A DNA stretch of 33,341 bases from IMG/VR virus record IMGVR_UViG_3300022915_000005, positions 1 to 33,341 of that record; one strand, 5' to 3'. Each line of letters opens with the position of its first letter. Within the stretch, counting starts at the first letter, position 1. The notes beneath the pieces were generated by a model. The model was not told the DNA's origin and did no database searches. It saw only the letters and a list, made by a program, of their open reading frames with translations. Source of the stretch: a virus. Lineage: Duplodnaviria > Caudoviricetes. Position numbers and translations under genes: made by a program. Shown here one piece after another: positions 18,559 to 28,462 of this stretch.

Positions 18559-19274
18559 GTCGATTACTCTCGACCGATCAAATCGAGGTTCTCTCGAACA
18601 ATTATCAGGAGTCGTTTTGGACGGTCATCGCGGTCTTTCAAGACGCCGGCGTCGTCACGTCTTACGCCGGCACGCCATGCGTGATTAACGGCGTCGAATA
18701 CCTCGGCGGCCTCATCGGCGCGACGCCTTTAAAGGCGACCCTCGGTTCGAGTGTCGATCGAGTCGACCTCACGATTCAAAATGTCGACTGGCGATGGACA
18801 CACCTCGCGAGGCGCCCGAACCGATCTTTGACTCGATGTTATGTCGGGCGCGCCGTCAGGCCGACCCGCGCGGTCGCCTGGCAACATGTTCAGCTATTGA
18901 CCGGCATCGTCGTCGGTATGCCGTCAGATGAGGCGGCCGTCACGTTGCAATGTATTAGTGATTTATACGCGGCGCCGAACGTCGGCGCCCTGCGATCGAT
19001 CGCGCGGCCTTGTCAATTTAAGTTTAAAGACCCTCGAACCTGCGGTTATAACGGCATCGAAACGGTTTGCAATAAAGTCTATGAGTCGACGGGCGGGTGC
19101 CTCGGCCGTGCGAATCAGCATCATTACGGCGGCTGGTTATACGACATGGGCAAAGATTCTTTGACTATTCCGGCGCCCGACCCGACCGGCAACCCCGACC
19201 CTGGCGGCGGCGGCATAGGCGGCGACGGGTTTATTTATCACAAATACACGAATGAGTTTCAGCTTAGCTATTAA
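18555..19274 (+). CDS. Tail tip / hub protein (lambda gpL or DUF2163-like)
   Basis: C-terminal Cys cluster CQFKFKDPRTCGY...CNK...C...NQHHYGG; follows the tape measure gene. Confidence 0.7.
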   Translation: MSRLLSTDQIEVLSNNYQESFWTVIAVFQDAGVVTSYAGTPCVINGVEYLGGLIGATPLKATLGSSVDRVDLTIQNVDWRWTHLARRPNRSLTRCYVGRAVRPTRAVAWQHVQLLTGIVVGMPSDEAAVTLQCISDLYAAPNVGALRSIARPCQFKFKDPRTCGYNGIETVCNKVYESTGGCLGRANQHHYGGWLYDMGKDSLTIPAPDPTGNPDPGGGGIGGDGFIYHKYTNEFQLSY

Positions 19275-20476
19275 TGGCGATTGACTCGATCACGACCGGC
19301 GAGGGCGGCCTCATTCCTGACGCCTACGGCGAACATGTCATCGCCGGCCATTTGTTCTATAACGGCGGCGCCGTGCCGACCCTGGCGTTCGTCTTAGGCG
19401 AGGGCGTATTCGATGGCGTCGTTAAGGTTTGGTATCGCGGCGGCGAAATCACGGCCGAGGAATACCATTTTCATCAAGGTACTCAGTCGGCATCGATGAG
19501 CGACGCCGTTCAGGGCATCGACTCATGGTTGCCAGGCGCGATTCCATACTCGACGACCGCCTATATAGTCGCGAGGCCGGCCGGCATCGGCGCCGACGAT
19601 CTTGACCCGTCAGGTCTTAACGGCCGGTATAAATGCCGCCAGGTTCCTGACTATGACGCCGACGGGAACCCTACAGGTTCGAGTTATTCGTCGAACCCCG
19701 CGAGAATTTTAATCGGCCTTTTGATTGAGGGCGCGAAACTCGCGCCGACTCGCATTGACTGGCGGTCGTGGTATGACTGGAAAGTCTATTGCGACACTCC
19801 GATCGAGTGGAATGACGGCAAGTCGGTCAGGCAAATAAAACGTTTCGAAAGTCATGTCGCGTTCACCGGCGCGACCTCGCCGGTCGATGTCTTGAACATG
19901 CTCACGGACATGTCGGCGACCCTCTGGCAAGATGACGGCGCCCTCATTCGGTTCTTTCCGATCGAGTCGCGATCGAGCGCGGTCACGTTCGGCCGAGGCG
20001 ACATCATTTCGGGAACCTTTGAGCATGCGCCCGTCGACATAAGATCGCAGGCGACGCGAATCGTCATCAATTTTCGCGACCTTGACTCAGAGTTTCTAGC
20101 GCCGGCCGTTTGGACACAAAAAGATGAGGCCGGAATTGACGACCGAGGCGTTATCGACGCCGGCACGTTCTCATTCGGCGCGATGCACTATTCGCAGGCG
20201 CAAAGACTCGCGAAATACTGGTTACGGCGCGCGGCATCTAGTGAAAGGTTTACGTTCTCAGTCAGCGGCGAACACATGGCCGTCTTACCTGGCGATCTTG
20301 TGACGGTCGACTTCGCGCCGGCCTTAATGACGCCGGTTCTTTGTCACGTTCTCGCGATCGAGGACTCAAGCGACGGCGCCGACAATCGCGGCCTTAGTGT
20401 CGCGCCGTGGTCGGCGTTTTATTCCGATCAGGATCATGAACCGATTCCGGCCGCAGTCGTGCCGGCCACAAGTTAA
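19274..20476 (+). CDS. Tail tip protein (N-terminal gpJ/hub-like)
   Basis: PDAYG, LGEG, YSSNPA, IDWRSW and PGDLVTV motifs typical of phage tail hub proteins. Confidence 0.75.
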   Translation: MAIDSITTGEGGLIPDAYGEHVIAGHLFYNGGAVPTLAFVLGEGVFDGVVKVWYRGGEITAEEYHFHQGTQSASMSDAVQGIDSWLPGAIPYSTTAYIVARPAGIGADDLDPSGLNGRYKCRQVPDYDADGNPTGSSYSSNPARILIGLLIEGAKLAPTRIDWRSWYDWKVYCDTPIEWNDGKSVRQIKRFESHVAFTGATSPVDVLNMLTDMSATLWQDDGALIRFFPIESRSSAVTFGRGDIISGTFEHAPVDIRSQATRIVINFRDLDSEFLAPAVWTQKDEAGIDDRGVIDAGTFSFGAMHYSQAQRLAKYWLRRAASSERFTFSVSGEHMAVLPGDLVTVDFAPALMTPVLCHVLAIEDSSDGADNRGLSVAPWSAFYSDQDHEPIPAAVVPATS

Positions 20477-20492
20477 AGGAAAGTAGAAACGC

Positions 20493-23400
20493 ATGGCCGG
20501 TCACGTAACTGCAAATGCCTCATCGGTCACGACGGGTCAAACCGTGCAGGTTCAAGTAACCCTTGACCTCGCGCCGCCTATTCCTCGCGCCGAGAACGTC
20601 GACGAATTTACTGTCAATTCGACAAACTACAATAAAGACACACAGCAGTTTCTACAGGTCGTTGGCGCCTCGGCAAATGCCTCGATCGAACTCGCACATC
20701 GCGCCGGTTCGAGTAGTAATAACGGGTTCAATTGGGTCTATCCCGTACACGCGACACAACAGTTATTTTCAGGCAATCAGGCGACACGGTTCTATTTTCA
20801 GTTTATCGATTACGTGAGTTTCGGCGGCGATCGGCCGCTAGTGACAATTGAATTTGGTTATAACGCCTCGACCTCGAAAGGAATGATCGAGGTTTCCGAC
20901 GAACATGCGGTCGTCGGTTCTCTCGAAATTCCAGGCTATATTCCGGCCGGCGCGCAGATTGTTTTACAGTCATCGTTGGGCGGTTGGCTTGTCAGGTATG
21001 ACGGAACTCAGATCGCCAGCGGGTTCTGGCCGTCTGATTCGATAATGCCGTTAAAGATCAAATACGGCACGTATAAACTCGCGTCGGGCGCGTCGTCTAT
21101 TATCTGGCCGTCAGGGCATCCGGCATACTCGCCGAACTATCCAGGATGGATTTTTTCAGAGGCGACCTTACAGAACAATTGGAAACCCTTCGCGCCGACG
21201 TGGACTCTGCAGGCGTTAAACGCCTCGAACGTTCAAATCGGGTCAAACTATAATCCGTCATCGATTTCAGAATCGGCCGATATACCGATCGCGAACTTTG
21301 TCGTGCCGGCCGTCGCCGGCATCGCGAAGGTTCGCATACGCGCGCAATTCCACAATTTAAATACAAGTCTACTCGGAACGCCTTATCTCGAAATACCGGT
21401 CACGACCGGCGGGTCGACGCCCTTAGTCGTCAATGGCGCGAACCCCGTCACCTTGAACCCTGGCCAGCAATACACGGTCACGGCGAACTACTCGACGGCC
21501 GAACTCACGTTTGCCGCACTCGGCGGCGGGTCATTTGGTACAGGCGCGACCGCGAACGTTTACACGGCGCCGACTGACGCCGGCACTAGCGCGACTTATC
21601 AATTCAGGGTCACGCGAACGGCGACGGCCGAGGTCGTGACGGTCGGCGTTAATGTGCCTCTCAAGATAACGCCCGACATCGTTTCCATGATCGGCGGCGC
21701 GACTCAAGCGTTCACGACTAACGGCGATATTCTGACGTGGACACAAAGCGGCGGAACCTTGAGCGGTTCGGGCGCCAGGTCGAGAACCTATACGGCGCCG
21801 GCGACCGTCGGAACGTTCACGGTCACGGCGACGACCTCGACCGGTTCGAGCGTTATCGCGACGATAACGGTCACGTCGACCGGCACATCGCCGACGACCG
21901 GCCTTAGACTCGAACCCGCTGCCGGTATGAGTGTCGGCCTTAATTCGCAGGCGCAAGTAAGGCTCATTGGCGACGTGACGCCGGCACTATGGGCGACGAC
22001 TCAGAACGCGACGATCGACTCGGCAACCGGCGATCTTAAGATCATTTCAAATAGCGCGAACGCCGAGGCGACCCTCGCGCAAGCATTAGGCGGCAAGGCG
22101 ACCGGCGACCCTGACGCGACACTCACATGGGAATTTAACTCGACGAACGCAAAGGTCGCCGGCGATTCGGGTCAGTTTACATGGACACTAAGAAACGCCT
22201 CGCAAGTATATTTAGGTTCGGTCATATTCAGTTATCTGGGAACGGGCGAGAATTGGAGTGTCGCACTCTGGCAAGGGTCGACCATGATCGCCGAGATACC
22301 TTTTACTCGAACGAATACGACCGGCCTTAGACTGACGTTCAGCTATACGTCGCAAGTTTTAATGCGCGCCGAATATCGGCCGAATAACGCCGCGTCTTAC
22401 ATCATCATCGGCGACGCCGGTTTCGCACTCACGAACCCGCCGCGTTATCTGGCGGCGCAGTCTACGCCGAACACGCCGTCAAAACCGAATAACTCGATCA
22501 TCATTTCGAAACCTGTATTAACGGCGTTCGGGTTCGGTCGATGGTTTGTGCCGCAATGGGCGGCGGCGCGCATTGACGCCGGCGGCAATGTCATCGGGTC
22601 GTATACGGTCACGGCCTCCGAAGAAACGACGGTCACGTCAGGCAACGCGGCGCAGGTCGCGACGGTCAATTGTAATGCCGTAGGAACGGCGCGAGTTTCG
22701 GCGAGTTATCCCTCCGGCATCGCGGCACAAAACACCGTAATAATAACGATAACGCAGGCCGGCGGCGCCCTGGCCGTCACGACTCCGGCGGCCGGCACGA
22801 CGACAAACCTCACGCCAGGTCAGACGCTAACGATCGAGGCGAATGATACGCCCTCGGCCTTGACCTACGGCGGGTCAGGCGGAACGTTCGGGTCAGGCGC
22901 GAATAAGAACGTATACACGGCCGGCACGGTCGCCGGCCTTTATACGATCACGGTTTCGCGAGGTTCAGAGGTCATAACTCGAAATATTCGAGTCTTAATG
23001 ACGGTCACGCCGCCGACTCAATCGATCGCCTTAAATTCGACCGTGACGCTAGTCGTTAATACTCTCGAACCCTTGACCGTTTCGGCGACTGGCGGCACGG
23101 CCGTCGTATTCGCGCAGAGTGGAAACAGTCAGTTAGTCAGCTATACGGCGCCGGCGACGCCTGGCACTTATACGGTCAATGTAACGTCGAGCATTAATAA
23201 TGCCTCGGCGAGTGTGACGGCCGTTTCGTCAGGTACGACGCCGATCGTCATTTCGAACGCCGAACCTCTGACGGTCGAACCGAACGGTCATGTTCTGATA
23301 ACGACTAATTATCCAGTCGCAGAATGCACTTATTCGGCGACCGGCGGCGTCTTTGCGGCCGACCTGCCTCGAAAAGAGAACGACTGGCGCGCGCCAGGTC

Positions 23401-25346
23401 TGGCAGGCGACTACACGATCACAGTCACTCATCCGACCGGCGGGTCAGATACGATCACGGCGACCGTATTCCTTAGAATTTCGCCGAAGAACCCGCCAGG
23501 CGTCGCGCCAGGTCAGCAGATTCAATTTTCGGCGAACTTCTCGCCGGTCACGTTCTTTATTTCGTCATCTGACGGCGGCACGGTCACGACCGGCGGCCTT
23601 TGGACGGCCGGCCAGACGGGCGGGTCATATACGGTCACGGCGCACGCGACGATAAACTCGACCGTTCGCGAGGACTGGTCGACCGTCACGGTTCAGGGCG
23701 TCGGTCTGGCTTTGAATGTGCCGTCGACCGTGACCCTTTTGCCAGGTCAAACCCTCACGATCACGGCGAACTTTCCGACCTCAGAACTTACGTTCTCAGC
23801 TACAGGCGGCACATTTGGAACGGGCGGCACGGCGAATGTTTACACGGCGCCGTTTAACGCCGGCGGCTATACGATCACAGTCACGCGAGGCACTCAGACG
23901 GCATATGTCGCCGTGACCGTGCCGGTCGTCATCGCGCCGGCGACGACCTCGGTCGGCAATGGTTCGACGGTCGCCTATTCGGTCAATGCAGATGTGACGA
24001 ATTTCTCGACAACAGGTTGGACGGCGACCGGCGGCACGCTATCGGCAAAGGCAATCAGGTCGGCGACCTATACGGCCGGCGCGACGGCCGGAACCTATCA
24101 GGTCACGGCGATAACAACTCTCGGCACGGTAACGGGCGCGATCACGAACACCGGCACGGCCGGCGTGCCGATCACGATCACCGGCGCCGCCGCCGTGACA
24201 CTCGAACCCGCGTCGACCTATCTCATCGAAACGAATAAACCCGTCGGCTCCTATTCCTTGACCGCGACCGGCGGCACGTTCGAGGGCAATCAATACAGGG
24301 CGCCGAATCAGGCCGGAACCTATACGATCACGGCGACCGATACGAGCGGGTCAGGCGCCGGCGCCGACACGTTACAGGTCACGGTTCCGTTAAGGGTCAC
24401 GCCGGCGAATACGATCGTTTTACCTGGCGGCACTCAGCAATTCGCCGTTAATTTTCCGGCCTCGCAAACGTCATGGTCGACTACGCCGGCGTCCCTCATC
24501 ACGGCGTTCGGGTTTTGGACGGCGCCGTTTGAACAGGGAACCTATACGATCAGGGCGACGACGACGATCGGCGAGGCGACGACCTCGGCGACCGTTCAGA
24601 CGGTCGAGTTAATTGTTTATGGTTCCGATCACATCACGCTAGAACCTGGCGCGCAATATACGGTCTTGACGAACCTGCCGCCTCGCGCGCCGTCTTACAC
24701 GGCGTTCGGCGGGTCATTTGCGGCCAATATTTACACGGCGCCGACTGCGGCCGGCCTTTATCATTTCACGGTCACGTATCAAGGCCAGTCAAAGCGGGTC
24801 GACGTGACGGTTCCTCTGCGAATCGCGCCTAAAGAGGCGAGGGTCGAGGCCGGCCAGTCGATTCAATTCACGATTAACGCGCCGAACGCAACATGGTCGG
24901 TCATCGGCGGCGGCACTATCTCGCAAACAGGGTTCTACACGGCGCCGGCGTCGGGCGGCACGGTCGCGCGCGTGACAGCTACGACGCCGAACGGGTCTGA
25001 TACTGCGGTCGTATTACTTCTTGACGAGTTTCCGTTTCAGCCTACCTACGCCGTCGACGGCGAGAAGGGTCGCGCCTCGGTCATCGTTGAGGCCGAGGAC
25101 GGCACACGGTTCGGCCGCATCAAAGGCGTCTCGCGCCGCCGCTACGATCTGAGGTTCGAGAACCGATCGCAAACCGAAACCCTCGCCGCGATCGCCTTTC
25201 ATACCGCCAGGTTTCCAGAGGTTCCATTCCTCTTTCACGACATCAAACTAAATGATTTCGTCGCGGTTCTTTTCGATTCGCCGATCAAATGGCAGGTCAG
25301 CGGCGAGTGCCGGTTTCACTATTCCTTTAAACTTCTCGAAGAATAA
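20493..25346 (+). CDS. Large tail adhesin with ~12 Ig-like repeats and a C-terminal gpM/Dit-like domain
   Basis: Twelve recurring GG...(Y/W)(T/R)A(P/G)...G.YT(I/V)T modules; C-terminal ~107 aa resemble lambda gpM/DUF2460. Confidence 0.8.
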   Translation: MAGHVTANASSVTTGQTVQVQVTLDLAPPIPRAENVDEFTVNSTNYNKDTQQFLQVVGASANASIELAHRAGSSSNNGFNWVYPVHATQQLFSGNQATRFYFQFIDYVSFGGDRPLVTIEFGYNASTSKGMIEVSDEHAVVGSLEIPGYIPAGAQIVLQSSLGGWLVRYDGTQIASGFWPSDSIMPLKIKYGTYKLASGASSIIWPSGHPAYSPNYPGWIFSEATLQNNWKPFAPTWTLQALNASNVQIGSNYNPSSISESADIPIANFVVPAVAGIAKVRIRAQFHNLNTSLLGTPYLEIPVTTGGSTPLVVNGANPVTLNPGQQYTVTANYSTAELTFAALGGGSFGTGATANVYTAPTDAGTSATYQFRVTRTATAEVVTVGVNVPLKITPDIVSMIGGATQAFTTNGDILTWTQSGGTLSGSGARSRTYTAPATVGTFTVTATTSTGSSVIATITVTSTGTSPTTGLRLEPAAGMSVGLNSQAQVRLIGDVTPALWATTQNATIDSATGDLKIISNSANAEATLAQALGGKATGDPDATLTWEFNSTNAKVAGDSGQFTWTLRNASQVYLGSVIFSYLGTGENWSVALWQGSTMIAEIPFTRTNTTGLRLTFSYTSQVLMRAEYRPNNAASYIIIGDAGFALTNPPRYLAAQSTPNTPSKPNNSIIISKPVLTAFGFGRWFVPQWAAARIDAGGNVIGSYTVTASEETTVTSGNAAQVATVNCNAVGTARVSASYPSGIAAQNTVIITITQAGGALAVTTPAAGTTTNLTPGQTLTIEANDTPSALTYGGSGGTFGSGANKNVYTAGTVAGLYTITVSRGSEVITRNIRVLMTVTPPTQSIALNSTVTLVVNTLEPLTVSATGGTAVVFAQSGNSQLVSYTAPATPGTYTVNVTSSINNASASVTAVSSGTTPIVISNAEPLTVEPNGHVLITTNYPVAECTYSATGGVFAADLPRKENDWRAPGLAGDYTITVTHPTGGSDTITATVFLRISPKNPPGVAPGQQIQFSANFSPVTFFISSSDGGTVTTGGLWTAGQTGGSYTVTAHATINSTVREDWSTVTVQGVGLALNVPSTVTLLPGQTLTITANFPTSELTFSATGGTFGTGGTANVYTAPFNAGGYTITVTRGTQTAYVAVTVPVVIAPATTSVGNGSTVAYSVNADVTNFSTTGWTATGGTLSAKAIRSATYTAGATAGTYQVTAITTLGTVTGAITNTGTAGVPITITGAAAVTLEPASTYLIETNKPVGSYSLTATGGTFEGNQYRAPNQAGTYTITATDTSGSGAGADTLQVTVPLRVTPANTIVLPGGTQQFAVNFPASQTSWSTTPASLITAFGFWTAPFEQGTYTIRATTTIGEATTSATVQTVELIVYGSDHITLEPGAQYTVLTNLPPRAPSYTAFGGSFAANIYTAPTAAGLYHFTVTYQGQSKRVDVTVPLRIAPKEARVEAGQSIQFTINAPNATWSVIGGGTISQTGFYTAPASGGTVARVTATTPNGSDTAVVLLLDEFPFQPTYAVDGEKGRASVIVEAEDGTRFGRIKGVSRRRYDLRFENRSQTETLAAIAFHTARFPEVPFLFHDIKLNDFVAVLFDSPIKWQVSGECRFHYSFKLLEE

Positions 25347-25430
25347 TACCTCTTTATACTTTTGTCGCCTTTCGTTATACTCAAGTAGAACGTAGTATTA
25401 CGTTCAAATACTTTAGTAAGGAAAGGCAAC

Positions 25431-25625
25431 ATGGCAAAAAAGAAAAAAAAGGCACTTGAACGCAGGCCGCCGTTGCGCGCTATTGCATTCAAGATCGATG
25501 AAGAATTAAGGGCGGAATTAGAGGCCGAGGCGGCGGCGCAAGAACGTAATATGTCGCAGATGATAACGCACTACATCAAGGTCGGCCTCGGCCTTGCGCC
25601 TCGGCGAAATCGCTATTTAGCTTGA
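25431..25625 (+). CDS. Ribbon-helix-helix (Arc/CopG-like) transcription regulator
   Basis: AIAFKIDEELRAELEAEAAAQERNMSQMITHYI; AAGG RBS. Confidence 0.8.
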   Translation: MAKKKKKALERRPPLRAIAFKIDEELRAELEAEAAAQERNMSQMITHYIKVGLGLAPRRNRYLA

Positions 25626-25650
25626 CGGGCGTATAACGCCGTTATACTAT
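25622..25650 (+). promoter_or_regulatory. Sigma70-like promoter overlapped by a 17-bp palindromic operator
   Basis: TTGACG-17bp-TACTAT (or 15bp-TATACT); GTATAACGCCGTTATAC at 25631-25647. Confidence 0.7.
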
Positions 25651-25656
25651 CGCCTT

Positions 25657-25833
25657 ATGACAACTAATGACGGCCGAATACTTTGTGACCATTGCGGTCG
25701 CGCGCAAGGCGACGACGAAAGCGACTGGAAACATATTCACTATAGCGGCGGCGTCATCGATGAGGGCGCGCCCGACGACATCGATCTTTGTCCAAAATGT
25801 GACGCGATCGAGAGAAATGAGGTTCCGTTTTGA
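25657..25833 (+). CDS. 58-aa zinc-finger protein, possibly leaderless, not in the ORF track
   Basis: MTTNDGRILCDHCG...DLCPKCD; stop overlaps TTG of the next gene; ATG lies 7 bp after the -10 element. Confidence 0.65.
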   Translation: MTTNDGRILCDHCGRAQGDDESDWKHIHYSGGVIDEGAPDDIDLCPKCDAIERNEVPF

Positions 25834-26072
25834 TAAACCTCGAAACGGCGACCCTGGCCGAACTCATCATCGAACGCCAGGCGATCGACGGAACGATCGA
25901 TCAGATTCACTATGACATCGAGGTTTTGAAAGCTGGTCGGCCGATGAGGCCGGCCGAGGAACACGATGCAGTCGATCACGCGATCGCGGCCTTGTATGTC
26001 GCGGCCGACATGTTAGGCGAACAGGGTCTTACGGTCGACGACGCGATCTTAAACTTTGACTCTAAAGAATGA
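25830..26072 (+). CDS. Hypothetical protein
   Basis: TTGA coupling to the previous ORF; acidic and helical. Confidence 0.65.
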   Translation: MINLETATLAELIIERQAIDGTIDQIHYDIEVLKAGRPMRPAEEHDAVDHAIAALYVAADMLGEQGLTVDDAILNFDSKE

Positions 26073-26101
26073 CGCCGCCGAGAAGGGATTAATCGGCGGC
26101 G
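26073..26101 (+). other. Intergenic hairpin
   Basis: CGCCGCCGA-11nt-TCGGCGGCG; no U tract. Confidence 0.5.
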
Positions 26102-26172
26102 CAATTACGCACCTTTGAAGGTCTGCAAACAATGGCGTGAGGTTCACATTCGTATAAAGGAAACGATAACAC

Positions 26173-27030
26173 ATGGAAACTAAACAGGCACTTGTAAAAC
26201 GCGAGGTCGAGGTCGCGACGGCGGCCGACTCGATCGAACTCTCATCACTGGCCGATCTAATTCGCCTTTCTGAACTGCTATCGCGTTCGGGTTATTTCGC
26301 CGACGTTAAAGAGGCGTCGCAGGCGTTCGTTAAGGTCTTGTACGGTCGCGAACTCGGTTTCGGCGCGATCACGTCCATGACGGGCGTTCACATCATAACC
26401 AACAAACCGACCCTCTCGGCGAACCTCATCTCGGCGGCGATCAAGCGGTCGAACAAATACGACTTTCAAATCTTGAAACTTGAGAACGACGGCGCCGTTT
26501 TGGAGTTTTTCGAAAGCGGTCGCGCCCTCACGCCGAAGTCGTCATTTCTCAAGGCCGACGCCGAGGCGGCCGGCCTTTTGACAGGTCGTAATGCTCACAC
26601 CTGGCGCGCCTATCCTCGAAACATGTATTTCGCCAGGGCTTTGACTAACGGCGCGCGATGGCACTGTTCGGCGGTCTTTGGCGGCGCGATCTATACGCCC
26701 GAAGAAATGAACGTCGCAGTCGACGCCGACGGCCAGGTCATCGACGCGCCTATGCCGACGCCGGTCAATGTGCCGACCTCGCAGGCGGCCGGCGATCTTA
26801 CTCGCGCGATCAAGGAATTACGCGCCCTCGGCCTCGACTATAAGTCGATTCAGAATCAGATGGAATTTCACACCGGCAAACGAACGCGCGCCGACCTGAC
26901 GGCCGATGAGGTCGAACTTGTGGCGATGGAATTTGATTCGCTAGTTCAGGCGATGACGTTAGAGGCCGCCGAGGCGACCGAAATGCCGGTCGAGGTCATA
27001 GCGGCCGAGGTCAAAGAGGCGACGAAATGA
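26173..27030 (+). CDS. RecT/Red-beta-like single-strand annealing protein
   Basis: GRELG, KPTLSANLI, WRAYPRNMYFARA and IYTPEEM motifs. Confidence 0.8.
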   Translation: METKQALVKREVEVATAADSIELSSLADLIRLSELLSRSGYFADVKEASQAFVKVLYGRELGFGAITSMTGVHIITNKPTLSANLISAAIKRSNKYDFQILKLENDGAVLEFFESGRALTPKSSFLKADAEAAGLLTGRNAHTWRAYPRNMYFARALTNGARWHCSAVFGGAIYTPEEMNVAVDADGQVIDAPMPTPVNVPTSQAAGDLTRAIKELRALGLDYKSIQNQMEFHTGKRTRADLTADEVELVAMEFDSLVQAMTLEAAEATEMPVEVIAAEVKEATK

Positions 27031-27728
27031 ACGATCGTCAGATGAGTCTATTCGGCGAACCCGACCCGCCGAAACCTGAACCGCCCAAAAAGGAACCGAC
27101 GCCGACGCCGGTTCCTGGCGATCGCGACATCTGCGAGAACTTTCATGGTCAGAACGACCGGTCGGTCGACGCCTGGCGATCTTTGCGCCCGACGGTCTTG
27201 ACGAAACTTCGCCGGCGGGTTCTCGACGCGATCAAGGCCGCCGGCACGAACGGCGCGACCGTCGACGAACTCGAAATGACCTTGCGAATGTCGCATCAGT
27301 CGGCATCGGCCAGAGTCAGCGAACTAAAGGCGGCGGGTCACGTCAAAGTTAGCGGCGCGAAACGCCTGACGCGATACGGCAAAGAGGCCGACGTTATCGT
27401 CACGGCCTCGCCTGGCGACGCCAGGTCAAAAGGCCGGCGTCGGAATGTGCCGCCTCGACCTCGCCGGCATATTGCGACCCTCGACAAGAATCGCCGGCGG
27501 GTCTATGAGGCCGTCAGGGCGCGAGGCAACAAGGGCGCGACCGTCGACGAATTAGAGGTCGCATTGTCGATGAGTCATCAAACGGCCTCGGCGACCGTGA
27601 CGGCACTCAAGGCCGACGGGTTCTTAAAGGCGGTCGTCTGGCAACGTCAAACACGGTCTGGCCGTTGGGCGAATGTGAACATAATTCGAGAAAAGGAACG
27701 AACGAATGACGACACGAACGTTATATGA
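27027..27728 (+). CDS. Tandem winged-HTH DNA-binding protein
   Basis: Two copies of GATVDELE...MSHQ(S/T)ASA.V..LKA.G...R.TR.G. Confidence 0.8.
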   Translation: MNDRQMSLFGEPDPPKPEPPKKEPTPTPVPGDRDICENFHGQNDRSVDAWRSLRPTVLTKLRRRVLDAIKAAGTNGATVDELEMTLRMSHQSASARVSELKAAGHVKVSGAKRLTRYGKEADVIVTASPGDARSKGRRRNVPPRPRRHIATLDKNRRRVYEAVRARGNKGATVDELEVALSMSHQTASATVTALKADGFLKAVVWQRQTRSGRWANVNIIREKERTNDDTNVI

Positions 27729-28227
27729 CATTTCGGCCGACCTGGCGGCACTCGATGAGATATTAAGCGAGGTCGGCGGCGACGTGACTGACGCCGAGGC
27801 CGAGGCCGCGATCGAGGCATGGTTTCAAGAAACGGCCGGCGATCTGAGGACAAAGGCCGACGCCTATTGTCGACTGATTCGCGAAATCGAGGCGCGAGGC
27901 GAGGCACGCAAGGCCGAGGCCGATCGAATACTAAGACTAGCGTCGACCGACTCGAACGCCGCAGGGCGCCTGAAAACGCGATTAAAGGACGTTCTAGAGT
28001 CGCACGGTATCAAGAAACTCGAAACGGAACTCTTTAGACTCTCAATCGCCTCGAACGGCGGCCGCCAGGCGCTAATTTATGACGCCGCCGAGGTCGAGTT
28101 TCCGGCCGAGTTTCAAAAGGTCATCATCAAAGGCGACGATGAGGCGATAAGGTCAGCGATCGAGGACGGGTTCGAGTTGCCGTTCGCGCATCTGGCGCCT
28201 CGCGGTTCTCATCTAAGAATTAAATAG
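27706..28227 (+). CDS. Siphovirus Gp157 family protein
   Basis: TLYDIS, KADAY, AEADR, GIKKLETELFRLSI...N and HLRIK motifs. Confidence 0.85.
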   Translation: MTTRTLYDISADLAALDEILSEVGGDVTDAEAEAAIEAWFQETAGDLRTKADAYCRLIREIEARGEARKAEADRILRLASTDSNAAGRLKTRLKDVLESHGIKKLETELFRLSIASNGGRQALIYDAAEVEFPAEFQKVIIKGDDEAIRSAIEDGFELPFAHLAPRGSHLRIK

Positions 28228-28240
28228 CGATTACTACGGC

Positions 28241-28342
28241 GCGACGCCCTCGCCGGCGGCCAGTTTAATACTTAGCGGTTCTTTCTATTGGAACTTCGCG
28301 AGGGAACCGTTCGAGGCACGGTCTGAGGGCGTCGCCTTTTTT
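28241..28342 (+). ncRNA. Candidate ~100-nt rod-like structured RNA ending in a U tract (ncRNA or long terminator)
   Basis: Outer stem GCGACGCCCTC/GAGGGCGTCGC; inner stem GCGGTTCTTTC/GAGGGAACCGT with G-U pairs; T6 at 28337-28342. Confidence 0.45.
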
Positions 28343-28346
28343 CGAA

Positions 28347-28457
28347 ATGAACATCAATTACCGATTAGTCGCCGTCGCGATTGCGATCGGCGCCGCCTTT
28401 GTCGTCATCGTCTTTCTTTGCCTTGTGCTATACGCGACCCGCAAGGGCGGAAAGTAA
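28347..28457 (+). CDS. 36-aa single-TM peptide, not in the ORF track
   Basis: MNINYRLVAVAIAIGAAFVVIVFLCLVLYATRKGGK. Confidence 0.55.
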   Translation: MNINYRLVAVAIAIGAAFVVIVFLCLVLYATRKGGK

Positions 28458-28462
28458 TACTA

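Noticed and set aside
25667-25915. Track ORF 25667-25915
   Set aside because: The alternative frame 25657-25833 has paired CxxC motifs and couples to the next gene
28241-28342. tRNA
   Set aside because: The fold is rod-like, with no cloverleaf or properly placed T-arm and CCA
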